Source: Nemertoderma westbladi (lineage: Eukaryota > Animalia > Xenacoelomorpha). Taken from it: a stretch of DNA of 64,000 nt. The notes under the pieces are model-generated. The model was not told the DNA's origin and made no database searches. It worked only from the letters and a program-made list of their open reading frames with translations. How positions within the stretch are numbered: position 1 is the first letter of the stretch; every line of letters begins with the position of its first letter. Both the position numbers and the translations under genes were made by a program. Below are positions 27,573 through 38,771 of this stretch, piece after piece. Location of the stretch: positions 1 through 64,000 of the forward strand of contig JAUCBJ010007265.1 of NCBI GenBank assembly GCA_032718475.1. Reading direction: 5' to 3'.

Positions 27573-28094
27573 TCAAAATAAATCAACAAGTACGAGTACA
27601 AGTACAATAAGTAAATCAACGAACTTCCGGACGTTAGTGTCCCTATCTACGTCAATCTCCTCGCCCCTCTCGGGCATCGTCTCCCCGAATACTACCCGTG
27701 GTGCCGTCCCCGGTTGCTCGCCCAACCTGATAGTGCTCCCCGCGAAATCCATCGCCAGCTCCTCGTGCACCCAGGCCCACTTGCCGGGTCTATCCCAGAA
27801 GGCCCTCGCCCCACTGGCCATCACCACCCTCCCGCCAACCCAGTCCGTGTCCGAGTGGCCGATCCTCCCGATGGGCGGCTTCTCTCCGTACTCGTCGTCA
27901 TCTTCGTCCTCCTCTGGCAGTGGCTCCAACCCCGGTATCCCGGTGGACCCACTATGTCCCTTCCCGCCTTGGCTCTCGCCCGTAGCTCTCCATCCCTCTA
28001 GCTCCCCTAGCTTCCTTAGCGGCTGGTCGCCCTCGGCGCCCGCTGGTATGGGCGTCGCTTGCAATCCCGACGTCGACTGTTTCGGTGATCCCAC
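27573..28094 (-). CDS. Hypothetical acidic/Gly-rich ORF immediately after the exonuclease ORF
   Basis: 173-codon open frame beginning 20 nt after the exonuclease stop, in a different frame; starts at GTG; no recognised domain; 3' end runs into AT-rich flank. Confidence 0.35.
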   Translation of the reverse strand: MGSPKQSTSGLQATPIPAGAEGDQPLRKLGELEGWRATGESQGGKGHSGSTGIPGLEPLPEEDEDDDEYGEKPPIGRIGHSDTDWVGGRVVMASGARAFWDRPGKWAWVHEELAMDFAGSTIRLGEQPGTAPRVVFGETMPERGEEIDVDRDTNVRKFVDLLIVLVLVLVDLF

Positions 28095-28114
28095 CGTCCA
28101 TCCCAGTTCTCACC

Positions 28115-29386
28115 CTAGAGACTCCCCCGAACTCCCTGACGAAGTCCAACGAAGTTCGTCCTAGCCCGCCTGTTCCTCGAAGCCGTAGCTCTGCGCCCTG
28201 GCTTCCTCCTCCCTTTCCTCTGCTTCTCTCCTCTCCCGTCTAGTGACTTCTTCCAGTCGCTTCGCCTCTCGTCTATCTCTAGCTGCTCCCATCTCTGATA
28301 CGGCGTATCTATCTCCCCGTCTACCAGATGTCGGCTGTTGTAGTACACCGACTCGCCCTTCAGCCCCGGGTGGTCTACCAGACCCACGAAAGCCGTCTTA
28401 AAGGCTCTTCTGTAGTTTAGGGGTGATCCCGATAATAGGAATGCCGCTGGTTCCCTCTCGATAACCACGGTCATGAATAGGTTAAGCAAACCTATCATTA
28501 TCCACTCCTCCTGCAGGATATATCGCTTCTGATATACCTTTATCGCTCCTCTTCGGAATTGATACACCTCTTGTTTTCCCGGCCTCGCTCTCCACTTCAG
28601 CGAGTTCGCTAATTCTGCTCCGTACTCTTCTCTGAACTTCCCCCAGTCCATTGGTTTGTGACATACGAACCCCAATAGCTGGCCCATCGCCACCGCTCCG
28701 CAATGGCCTGTGTTCTCGACTAGTCCCAACCCGTCTGGTGCTGTCATAGCCATGAAGACCGTCTGCATATCCAGGAGGTTGGGGGTGTCCGGACCGATGA
28801 TTCTCTCCGCGTCATCGCGAATCGCCGATCCCACTTTCGTTGTCGACTTCTCTCTCACTAGGACTTGCACCGCCCTCGGCAACCGGTTTAACTTCGGCCC
28901 GTCCTTCTTCCCATACGTTCCCAGGTCAAATAGGAAAATATCCCCATTTGGTGCGGCCAAATGTAGGAGTATGGTTCTGGCCAATCCCGCCGATCCTCTC
29001 CTTGAACCCTCCTCGTCTTCCACGGTCCCTTCGTCGTCTAGGATCATGTATCCTCCCCTGCTGACGGACTCTACGAACCTCTTCCAATCTTTCCTTGGCG
29101 ACTCTCTCGCGTACTTCGGAATCCCGAACTTCGCCTCGTCTCCTTTCACCATGTAGTGGAAATGCTCAAAGATCACGTTGTCCAGCGACGGCGTCCCGTA
29201 GGTCCCGACCAGCCGCTGTTCGTGCACCTCCCTAAAGTGGTCCTGTAGCGCTCGCGCTGCGTGACCCTTTTCTAACCGCTCGTAGTATCCCCTTGTCCTC
29301 TCTTCCGGATGCCTCTTGGTGAAATCCACCAGTATCTCCTTTCCTCCTAGCTCCGCCTTTCTCTTTCGCACAAGTTTGCTTGCCAT
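28115..29386 (-). CDS. DEDDy 3'-5' exonuclease-domain protein (WRN-exo/EXD/RNase D-like), 423 aa from first ATG
   Basis: ExoI YMILDDEG (D-x-E); LLHLAAPNGDIFLFDL (cf. LLQLAT...V.LFD); LPRAVQVLVREKSTTKVGSAIRDD (ExoII, cf. LP..L..LLED..I.KVG..I..D); NLLDMQ; ExoIII-like YQKRYILQE (YxxxE instead of YxxxD). ATG context gagATGG; basic clusters at both ends. Confidence 0.75.
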   Translation of the reverse strand: MASKLVRKRKAELGGKEILVDFTKRHPEERTRGYYERLEKGHAARALQDHFREVHEQRLVGTYGTPSLDNVIFEHFHYMVKGDEAKFGIPKYARESPRKDWKRFVESVSRGGYMILDDEGTVEDEEGSRRGSAGLARTILLHLAAPNGDIFLFDLGTYGKKDGPKLNRLPRAVQVLVREKSTTKVGSAIRDDAERIIGPDTPNLLDMQTVFMAMTAPDGLGLVENTGHCGAVAMGQLLGFVCHKPMDWGKFREEYGAELANSLKWRARPGKQEVYQFRRGAIKVYQKRYILQEEWIMIGLLNLFMTVVIEREPAAFLLSGSPLNYRRAFKTAFVGLVDHPGLKGESVYYNSRHLVDGEIDTPYQRWEQLEIDERRSDWKKSLDGRGEKQRKGRRKPGRRATASRNRRARTNFVGLRQGVRGSL

Positions 29387-29868
29387 CTCGAACTCTGCCC
29401 GATCGCTCACCCTTTGGGTGGTGCCTTACCAAGGCGCTATAGGATGAGTGATAGGTTTAGATGGTTTATTTCAGTTCGATGGCCTATCTCTCTCTGAATT
29501 TCTGAGTTATCGCTTATTCTTTACACTACTTAATTATGAAGCTACTAAATGTACCCTAAATCGCAATTTTGTCCGTTACTTTAATTATATTCCAGAATTT
29601 CCTTTTCCACTGTTACCATAATTTGCTAATTTTCAGCCCTATTCTTATTTTATTTTTAATTTAATTTTAATTCTACTGTCCTACTACTTACTATCACCTA
29701 TGGATTATTCTATTTTATAATCCACATTCTGGCCTATTCTGTGGGACCTGTGCAGTACAACAGTATGCGTCGCGTGGCCACACGATTTATCCAGCTGTAC
29801 TCATATGCCCCCCTCTCGCTACTCACTACTGACTAATATCTATACTATATATACCCTTCTACCTCTAT

Positions 29869-30810
29869 CTCTTACTAACTAGTACTACGTACTTTCTTAC
29901 TAACTTCTAACTCTCTCTAACTAACTAACGGTACTACGTACCCTCTAACTCTTATTCTCTCTAACTAACGGTACTATGTACCGTCTTACTACTCTAACTC
30001 CACTGACTAACGGTACTATGTACCCTCTAACTCCACTAACTAACGGTACTACGTACCCTCTTACTAACTCCACTAACTAACTAACGGTACTACGTACCCT
30101 CTTACTAACCTCTAACTCCACTAACTAACTAACGGTACCACGTACCCTCTTACTAACCTCTAACTCCACTAACTAACTAACAGTACTACGTACCCTCTTA
30201 CTAACCTCTAACTCCACTAACTAACTAACGGTACTACGTACCCTCTTACTAACCTCTAACTCCACTAACTAACTAACGGTACTACATACCCTCTTACTAA
30301 CCTCTAACTCCACTAACTAACTAACGGTACTACGTACCCTCTAACTCTTATTCTCTCTAACTAACGGTACTACGTACCCTCTTACTACTCTAACTCCACT
30401 GACTAACGGTACTACGTACCCTCTAACTCCACTAACTAACGGTACTACGTACCCTCTTACTAACCTCTAACTCCACTAACTAACTAACGGTACTACGTAC
30501 CCTCTTACTAACCTCTAACTCCACTAACTAACTAACGGTACCACAAACCCTCTTACTAACCTCTAACTCCACTAACTAACTAACGGTACTACGTACCCTC
30601 TTACTAACCTCTAACTCCACTAACTAACTAATGGTACTACGTACCCTCTTACTAACCTCTAACTCCACTAACTAACTAACGGTACTACATACCCTCTTAC
30701 TAACCTCTAACTCAACTAACTAACTAACGGTACTACGTACCCTCTTACTAACCTCTAACTCAACTAACTAACTAACGGTACTACGTACCCTCTTACTACT
30801 CTTACTATCT
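29869..30810. repeat. Tandem array of about 21 units (mostly 48 bp; 33-42-bp variants), each with a GGTAC-TAC-GTACC hairpin
   Basis: Unit ctaactaactaacggtactacgtaccctcttactaacctctaactcca; variant pattern recurs at ~400-bp offset (e.g. actacatacc at ~30281 and ~30684). Confidence 0.95.
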
Positions 30811-30960
30811 AACTTCTATCTGCCTACTTACTGCGTACCTAGTTATTATTATTTATATTTATTTTTTATGTTATTTTTATGTGTGGGAAGGGCGTCTCGC
30901 CCTCAATCCCACCCCCCTCAGTCCAAAACTTGGACGACTAAACTCCTCTCTTACTCTACA

Positions 30961-33900
30961 CTAAGGTGCTCCCTCTAGAAGACAGCACTTCCCTACAGCC
31001 CTTCTGTAGGTTTTCCTGTCTTTCGCACCTATCTTGCCACCTATCCGCACTTCTACCGATTGGACTCTTCCGTCCTCATCGGAGTAAGTGCCTACAACTC
31101 TCGCCAACCGCCACTGGTTGTTGATGATGGTATCATCCGTGACGATCACTAGATCACCCTCTCTCAGCTCTCTGTTCGTCTTCCTCCACTTACTTCTTCT
31201 GTGAAGCGTGGGTAGATATTCCTCAACCCATCTCCTCCAATACTCTGCGCTTATCGCCTTAGCGATTTTCCAACTCTGGCGGGAGTGTATGTCATCTGGG
31301 TCTACACCCCGCATATCGATGGTCGCTGGCCTTTCCATTAGGAAATGGCTGGGCGTCAGCACGTCTAATGACTCAAGGTCATCATTCTCTGGATACAGCG
31401 GTCTGCTATTAATGATACCCTCACGCTTCGCAAGTACTGTCCTTAGCACGTCCTCCGTAACCATATGGGTGTTCATCAACTTCGTCATCAGACGCTTCGA
31501 ACTACCCACTAGTCTCTCGACGCATCCTAGGGTATGCGGTACATACGGCGTCCTCCTCTCCCACTTTACTTGTCGTCGCCTCATGGCTGCCCTGACTTCC
31601 TCTCCTTCCAGGATATCCAAGGCCTCTGCCATCTCGTTCTCCGCCCCCACAAAGTTGGTCCCGTTGTCGGAGTATATTACTGCGATCGCCCCACCTTTGC
31701 GGTCTCTAAACCTCTCTAAGGCATTAATGAATGCCGATGCGGTTGCATCTTGGGCGAGTTCTATCCCTACTGCCCGCGTGTTGTTACATACGAAGATAAT
31801 ACCATAGCGTTTCTCCGTGTGCCGCATCACCTTGATCTTTATCGGCCCGAACATGTCCACACCGCAATGTTTAAATGGCGGGTCGTGTTGTCTTACCCTA
31901 CTCGCCGGTAGTGGTGCCATCTCCTGTATGGCTCGCTCCTTCTTCGCTCGTCGGCAGCTCTGACACTGCCCCACTACCGCCTTTACTTTCTTCCTCAACT
32001 ATTTGACCCAAAAGGTCCTCCTTATCTCCGTGAGGGTTCGGTTGGTGCCCCCATGCAATATCGACTTGTGGGAGTCCCAAATAATCTGGTGGACTATCGG
32101 CGATCCTGTGGGGATGATGATGGGCTTCGGTGGTACGATGATACTGTTGTTGTATCCCACCCTAGAGTTCATTACTAGGATCCCGTCGTCATTAAGTTGT
32201 GGTGACAGCGTGATCAGCTCGCTGTCCCGCCGGAGATGCTGTTGTTTACCGACGCGTTCCACCTCGTCGCCGTGGTTCTTCCTCTGCTCGTAGCAGATGA
32301 CTGCTTTGGCCGCTCCTTCCAGATCTATTGTCATTTTAATCTTCACGCCTTTGCCAACTCCCCTGAGGAAATTCCCGAAGGCTCTCCAGTACGCCACTAA
32401 TTTCTTGGTCTTGTACCAGCTAGAACTGTAGCTAAGGAGTTTATCCACCGGGTTATCGCACGGTTCTCCTGATTTTGGTTGCACGCCCCTAATCTCCCTC
32501 ACCATCTGGGAGTATATCTCCTCTCCCTCTGAATCTCCCTCTTCTCCTTCTGACACTACTTCTCCTGAGCCCGGGTCCACCTTTCTCATCGGCGGCCAGG
32601 CCTCCTTATCGCTCAGAAACTATGGCCCGTGTTGCCACAATACTTCCTTCTTCAAGAAAGTGTGGCGTACCACGCCCCTCGATAACAAGTCCGCTGGGTT
32701 CTCGTCCATTGGGCAGTAGTGCCACCTTTCCAGTTCTGTGGTCGCCCTTATTTCGTCCACTCTATTCACAACGAATATAGGGTATCTCGTCCTTTCGTTA
32801 TGTAGCCAACCAAGCACTACCATGGAATCCGTCCAGTAGTGTGTCTCCACTATGTTGGGAATAGCATCCATTAGGTAGGCTGTAGCCCTAACTCCTAGTC
32901 TCGCAGCTGTCAATTCTAGTTTGGGAACTGATGCTGAATCTGGTGGCATTGACTTCGCTTTGCTGAAGGCCAGTCAGGGCTTGTGAGCCCCCTCTCGTTG
33001 TACTAAATAGAGTGCCGCTCCGTATGCCTCTAACGACGCATCGGAAAACATGTGTAGGTCCAGATTCGTCATGTCCCCATCCGGGAAATACACTCTTGGC
33101 ATGCTGTATGTTCCCATCTGCTCCAGGCTCTCTGTCCACTTATACCACTGCTTTCTGATCTCTTCCGGTATCTCTGCATCCCACTCGTCCTTTAGTTTGT
33201 ATACTCTCTTGAGTATCTGTTTCCCCGTGACTAATAGTGGGGATGCTAGGCCTAGGGGATCGTATATCCTTGCTATGTACGACACATAGCCCCTCTTTGT
33301 GTGGATATCTGCGCCCTCCTGACTCAACTGGTACTTCAGTTCATCCGTCTCTCTGTTCCACACGATTCCCAGTGCCTTCTGTTGAGATTCTATCCTCTTG
33401 TTCGCCATGTCCTGCCCCTTGGCTGTTGTGGGATTATCCATGGTCGATCCTGGTCTCTCATCTTTTATCGCCTCGATAAATTCCTTCGAACTGGATTGGA
33501 ATTTGGTTAGGTTGAAGCCGGATCCTTTAAGGATGTCGCGAACCTCGCGCCCTGTGTCCAGTAGCTCCTTAACCGTATTTCCAGACTCCATCCCGTCGTC
33601 TACGTAGAAGCCGCGTCGAATCATATCGACGGCTCTAGTACTGTATTTATCTTCCTTTCCCTTTACTGTGTCTCTTACGGCCATAGTCGTCGTGAATGAA
33701 GACGACTTGGCTCCCATATTCTGTACTATCATCTTGTACATCGGTATTGTCGACGGTTCCACGTCGCCGTTGTACCATAGGAAGCGTTGACTGTCGCTAT
33801 CCTCTTCCGTCACACGGACTTGGTTGAACATGCCTTCTATGTCACAGGTGAAGGCGTGTTTCCCATTCCTGAATCTGAGTAGGACCTCTATCCCTGAGTT

Positions 33901-36900
33901 GTATATGTTGGGACCCTCTAGCAGATAGTCGTTTAGGCATTTCCCGTCGGTCTTTGCCGATGCGTCCACTACCATCCGCAGTTTACCTTTCTTCGGATCT
34001 AAAGCCACGTGGAGTGGCAGGTAATATGTCCTGTCCGTGTTCGGTTCGTCGACCGGTAACTCCACGGCCCATCCCTTCTCGACGTACTTTCTGATTGTCT
34101 TATGAATGTACTCATTCTTTTCGGGGCTCCGTTTTAACGTCTGTTTCAACTTACGAAGCCTCGTGAGTACCATTCCTTTATTATCGGGCAGTGGTAGCTT
34201 TGGTAGCTTCCATACCATTCCTATGGTATACCGCCCCTCGTCGCATCTCATAGACTCCTTTACGCTCTGCTGAGCCTGCTTGTCTTCCACCGAGGTCCCG
34301 ACCCCGGTTTCCTTTAGTCCCTCAAAATCTTGCCTGAGCAGTCTCTTGAGCTGTTCCTCCGCTCTCTCATCCCCCATTTCTTGCATAGTTCCTGCGAACA
34401 TGCATCCTGATGTCTCCGACATCCTAAATGGTATCTTACTCTTAATTGGGCCACTCAGCGTCCACCCGAACGGTGTCAATATCGCCACCGGGTCACACTG
34501 CCTGTCTTCGCCGAAGACCGTTTGCATCCTTTCGTGGGCCGTCGGGCAGTCCATTCCTACTATGATGGATACCTTCCTAACGTCCACCTCTGGGATTGAG
34601 AAGTCGATATCATCCAGGAATTTATATTGTTCGACCTCGATGTTGGTTGGCCGCCTGGCATTGATATTTATTGACTCTATCACTTGGATGGGGTCGATGG
34701 TCGCCCCATAGTCGCATCCCGGTGCCACCGCTGCAATCGCGCACCGTCCGGTCCTCATCTCCAGGACCTCATCTTTGCTAGAGATTGTTGTTACCGCCAT
34801 TCTACTTGGCCTCGTTCTCAATCCTATCTCTTCGGCCACCCAATTTTCGATTAATGTGAAGGCAGCTCCACTATCGACCAGCATCAGTGTGGTCACTGAT
34901 CGATTGCCTTCTCCAATCACTCGCACTGGTACTACCCCAAGTAGCACCGTTCCTCTCTTCTTCGCCCCTACTGTGCTCGTTGCCATCGTTTGGCCTTTGC
35001 TTTGACCGAACTTGATTGGCGTCTCCTTGCATTGCCTAGCTCTATGTCCACTCATCACACATCGCGAGCAGATCTCATTTCTCGCCGCGTATTCTACCTG
35101 ATCTTCCCTGGGTAGCGCTTGCCAGTACCTGCAGTTCATGGTTTGATGAAGCGCATTTGTATGTAGCTGGCATTTGCTCTTTGGGTCGTAGCCGTCCTTG
35201 TACAGTGCATTGCGTATCGCAGTTGCATTTGTACCAAAGTCCCTACTATTCTTATTGTTTGGGTTCGGCCTACTGGGCGTACTGGGGTTATATTTATTTG
35301 TGTTGTTATTTTTCCCCTGTCCGCTCCATGATGTGGTCTTACCCCCGGCTACCTGTGGACTTGCAGTCCCCTGCGTCGCTGCGTATGGCAGTGATTGCCT
35401 GAGCTTTGGTAATGCGTTTGACGTGTTGTGTTCTGGTTTCGGTCTATGGTAATCGGTTCTTGGTCCCTTTCCCAGGCTGTCCTCACTATAGACTGGGTCG
35501 GTTATTAATTCGGCTTCGTAGTTTAAGAAGCTCGACATTTCTTCTAAACCCGGTTCCGCACCCTTCCTATCTCGAGTGGAGAAAGCGATTTTCCTCCACT
35601 TGTTGCGCAGCCACATCGGTAGTGCCTGCGCTATCGTGGTGATGTTGTTGGACGCGTTGAGTTCGTATGGCGCGTCTAGCGTCTTTAGCACGATTAGCGC
35701 CTTCTCGACTTTGTTCGCGAACGTCTTAATGCTAACGGGATTATCCTGTAGGCCACCCGATGTTATGCCCCTCAGGGTTTGCCGGATGATCTTGGCCGGG
35801 TGCCCGTATTCCCTGTCCAGTGCCCGCCATGCCGTCGTGAAGCCGCCCTCTATGCCCTGGTATTGCCTCACGATGTCGTATGCTGGGCCTCCTGTATATA
35901 CTTGCAGATATTTTAGGCACTCCGCCTGCGTCAAGTTCTTTGTTAGTATTTCGTTACTATACATGCGCCGAAACTGCAGATATTCTTCCGGCCTACTCCC
36001 ATCGAATTTAAACGGTTCCACGGGTGGTAACTCGATCCTAGTTTTTAACGCATCGATCAACGTGGCCATCCCCATCGCCTGCGCTTCCAATGGGTTCGAT
36101 GGATGTTGTATAGTTTCTCCTGTTGGGTGTGGTCCGTCCGTCCTATTTTCTACCTTCCTCTGGCTTGGGTATATCATTGGGGGTAGCGGCCCCCTCCATA
36201 TTTCTGTGTCGCATGATCTATTTTCATCCAAGGGTCTCGTTGTTCTTGCTCCTATCGGGGTATATTGTTGATATTGTGATGGGGGAATGTCACCCTGCCC
36301 CCCCCCCCCCCCCCCCACCGGTATGTTTGGTACTGGGGTTGATGTTAATATATTGGGGCCCATGCACCTATCCGCAATAATTCCCCCCTCCCCTGGGTAT
36401 ATGTTATGTCCTTGCATGCTGTAGTCATACTGCTGTACTGGTACCGGTATAGGCCTATCAGCTTCTGGCCTACCTGCCGGTATGTACTCCGCGACTTCCG
36501 GGTTTAATCCCGTCGTCCGCGCTATCCTATCGCCTACATTATTCCTGCCAGCATGGCCTATGGTATGTGCAGTAAGGCCTACAGTATGTCCCACAGTCTG
36601 TATGTGTCGCTCGGGATCGAAGTTTAATCTTCTCGAATAATCCTCCCCGCGGCTACCGTATTCTCGATCGGTAGCTATATCCCGCCGGGAAGTTTCTCTT
36701 CGACCCCCTCCACTGCTCTCGTCCTCGTGCCGGTACATCGCGTACCCCTCTATCGGCGCGCAGTGCGCCTCGTCAGGTCGCGCCTCTCCGGGACGACGGC
36801 AATCTCCCGAAGTTCGACCCCACTGACTCTCCGTTCCCATCTCGACTATCGACGGCTCGCTATCCGTCCTCGCTCTCCTATCGTTCGCGGCGATACTTCT

Positions 36901-38627
36901 CCTACTATCTTCTCTTCTTCTCTTTTCAGTGCAGTGTTCCCGCTCGTGAGATCTCTCGTCGACCTCCCGGTTAAACTCCACTGTTCTTCTTCCCTCTTCT
37001 GATCGGGCTCGACGCTTCGTCTGCCCTCTCGCGACGTCAACCTGCCTCTCTCTGCTCGATCGCACGCCGCTGGGGATACTCGCAATCCCCCTATTACTCT
37101 CCGTCGCCGGGTGTTGCGGTTTACCTAGCTCGGCCCGCGCATTATCCGCCGACGCCTGTGGGACACTCTCTGCCCCCCCCCCTCTCGCTACTAATCTCTC
37201 ATGGTGGGGCTCCTGTAGCCCCCCCCCCCCCCCCCCCCCCACTCGCCACATATCACGCCGCTACCTCTTACTTCACTTCTACACCCCTCTCCAGTCGACA
37301 CAATGTTTCTACTGCGGCTGGGTCTACTCACCCCCGCCTCTCTCTCTACAATTGCGTGGACTACCAGGCCTACCTCGGGTTGGCTCAACTCCGCTACCTC
37401 CTGCCTACCAACTACGTGGCCTACCAGGCCGCCGTCGGGTTGGCTTAACCCCGCCACTTCCTGCCTACTAACTACGTGGCCTACCAGGCCGCCGTCGGGT
37501 TGGCTTAACCCCGCCACTTCCTGCCTACTAACTACGTGGCCTACCAGGCCCCCGTCTGGCAGGTTGTGTATGTCCGACATGTTCACATTAATAGCACCAC
37601 TGTGATTGTCGCCAATTTGGCCCTCTAGTTCACCTAAATTATTTTGTGCACCAAAATTAGAAACATAATTATTTTGTTCGTTCGAGATAAGATTATTTGA
37701 TTTATTTTGCGTGACTACATTATTTGAGTTATTTTGCGTAATTACGTTATTTGTATTATTATTTTGTAAATTCGAATTCGTATTATTATTTAAATTATTT
37801 GGATTATTTGTATTTAAATTTAAGTTACTACTACTAGGTAGAATATTTCCTGGAATAAAGTTTTGGTTAGAATTATCCAATACGGTACTATTAATATTAA
37901 CGTCGTCTACTGTATTATTATTATTACCCCCCCCCGACGAGACCGAATCTTCGGGGTTAACCTCGGATTCGCCCTCCTGCGGTCTCCTCCAACCCACTAA
38001 TTTTACTCCCCGGGCATCGACTAAGTATGGCCCTATGTACACTACACTAGGTTGCATACCCCTACACTCCCATAGATCACACAGTTCGCTGGCGACCTCT
38101 CTCGCTCTCCCCTCGGCTAGTTCTCTCTGTCCAAAGCGCATTAGGTAGTTAAAGTGTTCGTTCGACTCACCTAGTCACTTTTTCAACTTCACCTGATCTA
38201 TCTTGGCCACTCCTTTGGTCTCTTTGAGCAGTTTCCGAGTCGCGTTGTAGGCCCATCGAAGTCGATCGCTGACCCCGACGTCCTCGTCGCCGACGTCTCC
38301 TCTATCTCTCCGGGTCCGGCGTCGTACTGGCGGCCCCACCGTCGCCATTCCGGTGGGCCGTTCGTCGCCCTCGGCCTGTGGCTGGCCGGCGACATCTGCA
38401 CGTCGACCGCCGTCGTGTGTCGACTCGTCTCTCTCTCCTCCCGACTCGTCTCTCCTTTCTCTCGACTCGTCCTCTGGTTCCACACGGCCCCCCTCATCCT
38501 GAATTGCCGGATCGCCCGTTGTGGATGGCTCCGGTGTCGTGGGCCGGTACCGTCTTGTCGCGGCCTCGCGGATCGTTAGATCGCCGTCCGGGGTCCGCGG
38601 CGGTGTCGTCTCTCCTGTTCGACTCAT
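30961..38627 (-). pseudogene. BEL/Pao gag-pol polyprotein (Gag/DUF1759, Cys-His knuckles, aspartic protease, RT, Pao RNase H, integrase, DUF5641)
   Basis: PFKFDG, CSRCVMSGHRARQC, LVDSGA, DIEGMFNQV, FYVDDG, HMFSDAS, PKLELTAA, WTDS, NPADLLSRG, HGG...CQSC, GVDMFGP, SDNGTNFVG, VERLV, LTPSHFL. Four in-frame stops (38175, 32974, 32620, 31999) and one frameshift at the C22 run (37219-37240). Confidence 0.93.
37350..37560 (-). repeat. 60-bp coding tandem repeat in gag N-terminus
   Basis: About 3.5 copies encoding QEVAGLSQPDGGLVGHVVSR, following an Asn-rich tract. Confidence 0.9.
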
Positions 38628-38771
38628 CTTGTACTTTAGATTGGTGGCTGGTAGTCAGTTTCGTGTAACTGTCGGTATCTATCGCTTAGGGCAGCAGTTG
38701 GTTTCAATTACTGTGACGGGATCCACGGAGGATCCCGGTTTATCCGGTTTTCAATCTACGCGTCCCCGCCG

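Noticed and set aside
27573-29410. env gene in the third-ORF position
   Set aside because: No signal peptide, Cys-rich ectodomain or convincing fusion-protein layout; motifs fit a DEDDy exonuclease, and the hydrophobic tail at 27573-27620 derives from a short flanking repeat.
29869-30810. CRISPR array or telomeric (TTAGG-like) repeat
   Set aside because: Linkers are near-identical rather than unique; (CTAA)n runs are short and embedded in a 48-bp unit.
31208-36271. Long plus-strand ORFs opposite pol (e.g. 31208-31807, 35576-36271) and 5061-5681 opposite the piggyBac transposase
   Set aside because: Antisense shadows of coding regions with no independent motifs.
37219-37240. Programmed ribosomal frameshift in gag
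   Set aside because: The shift lies in a long C/G homopolymer; similar runs occur across the window (3259, 13336, 16826, 17468), so slippage or sequencing error is more likely.
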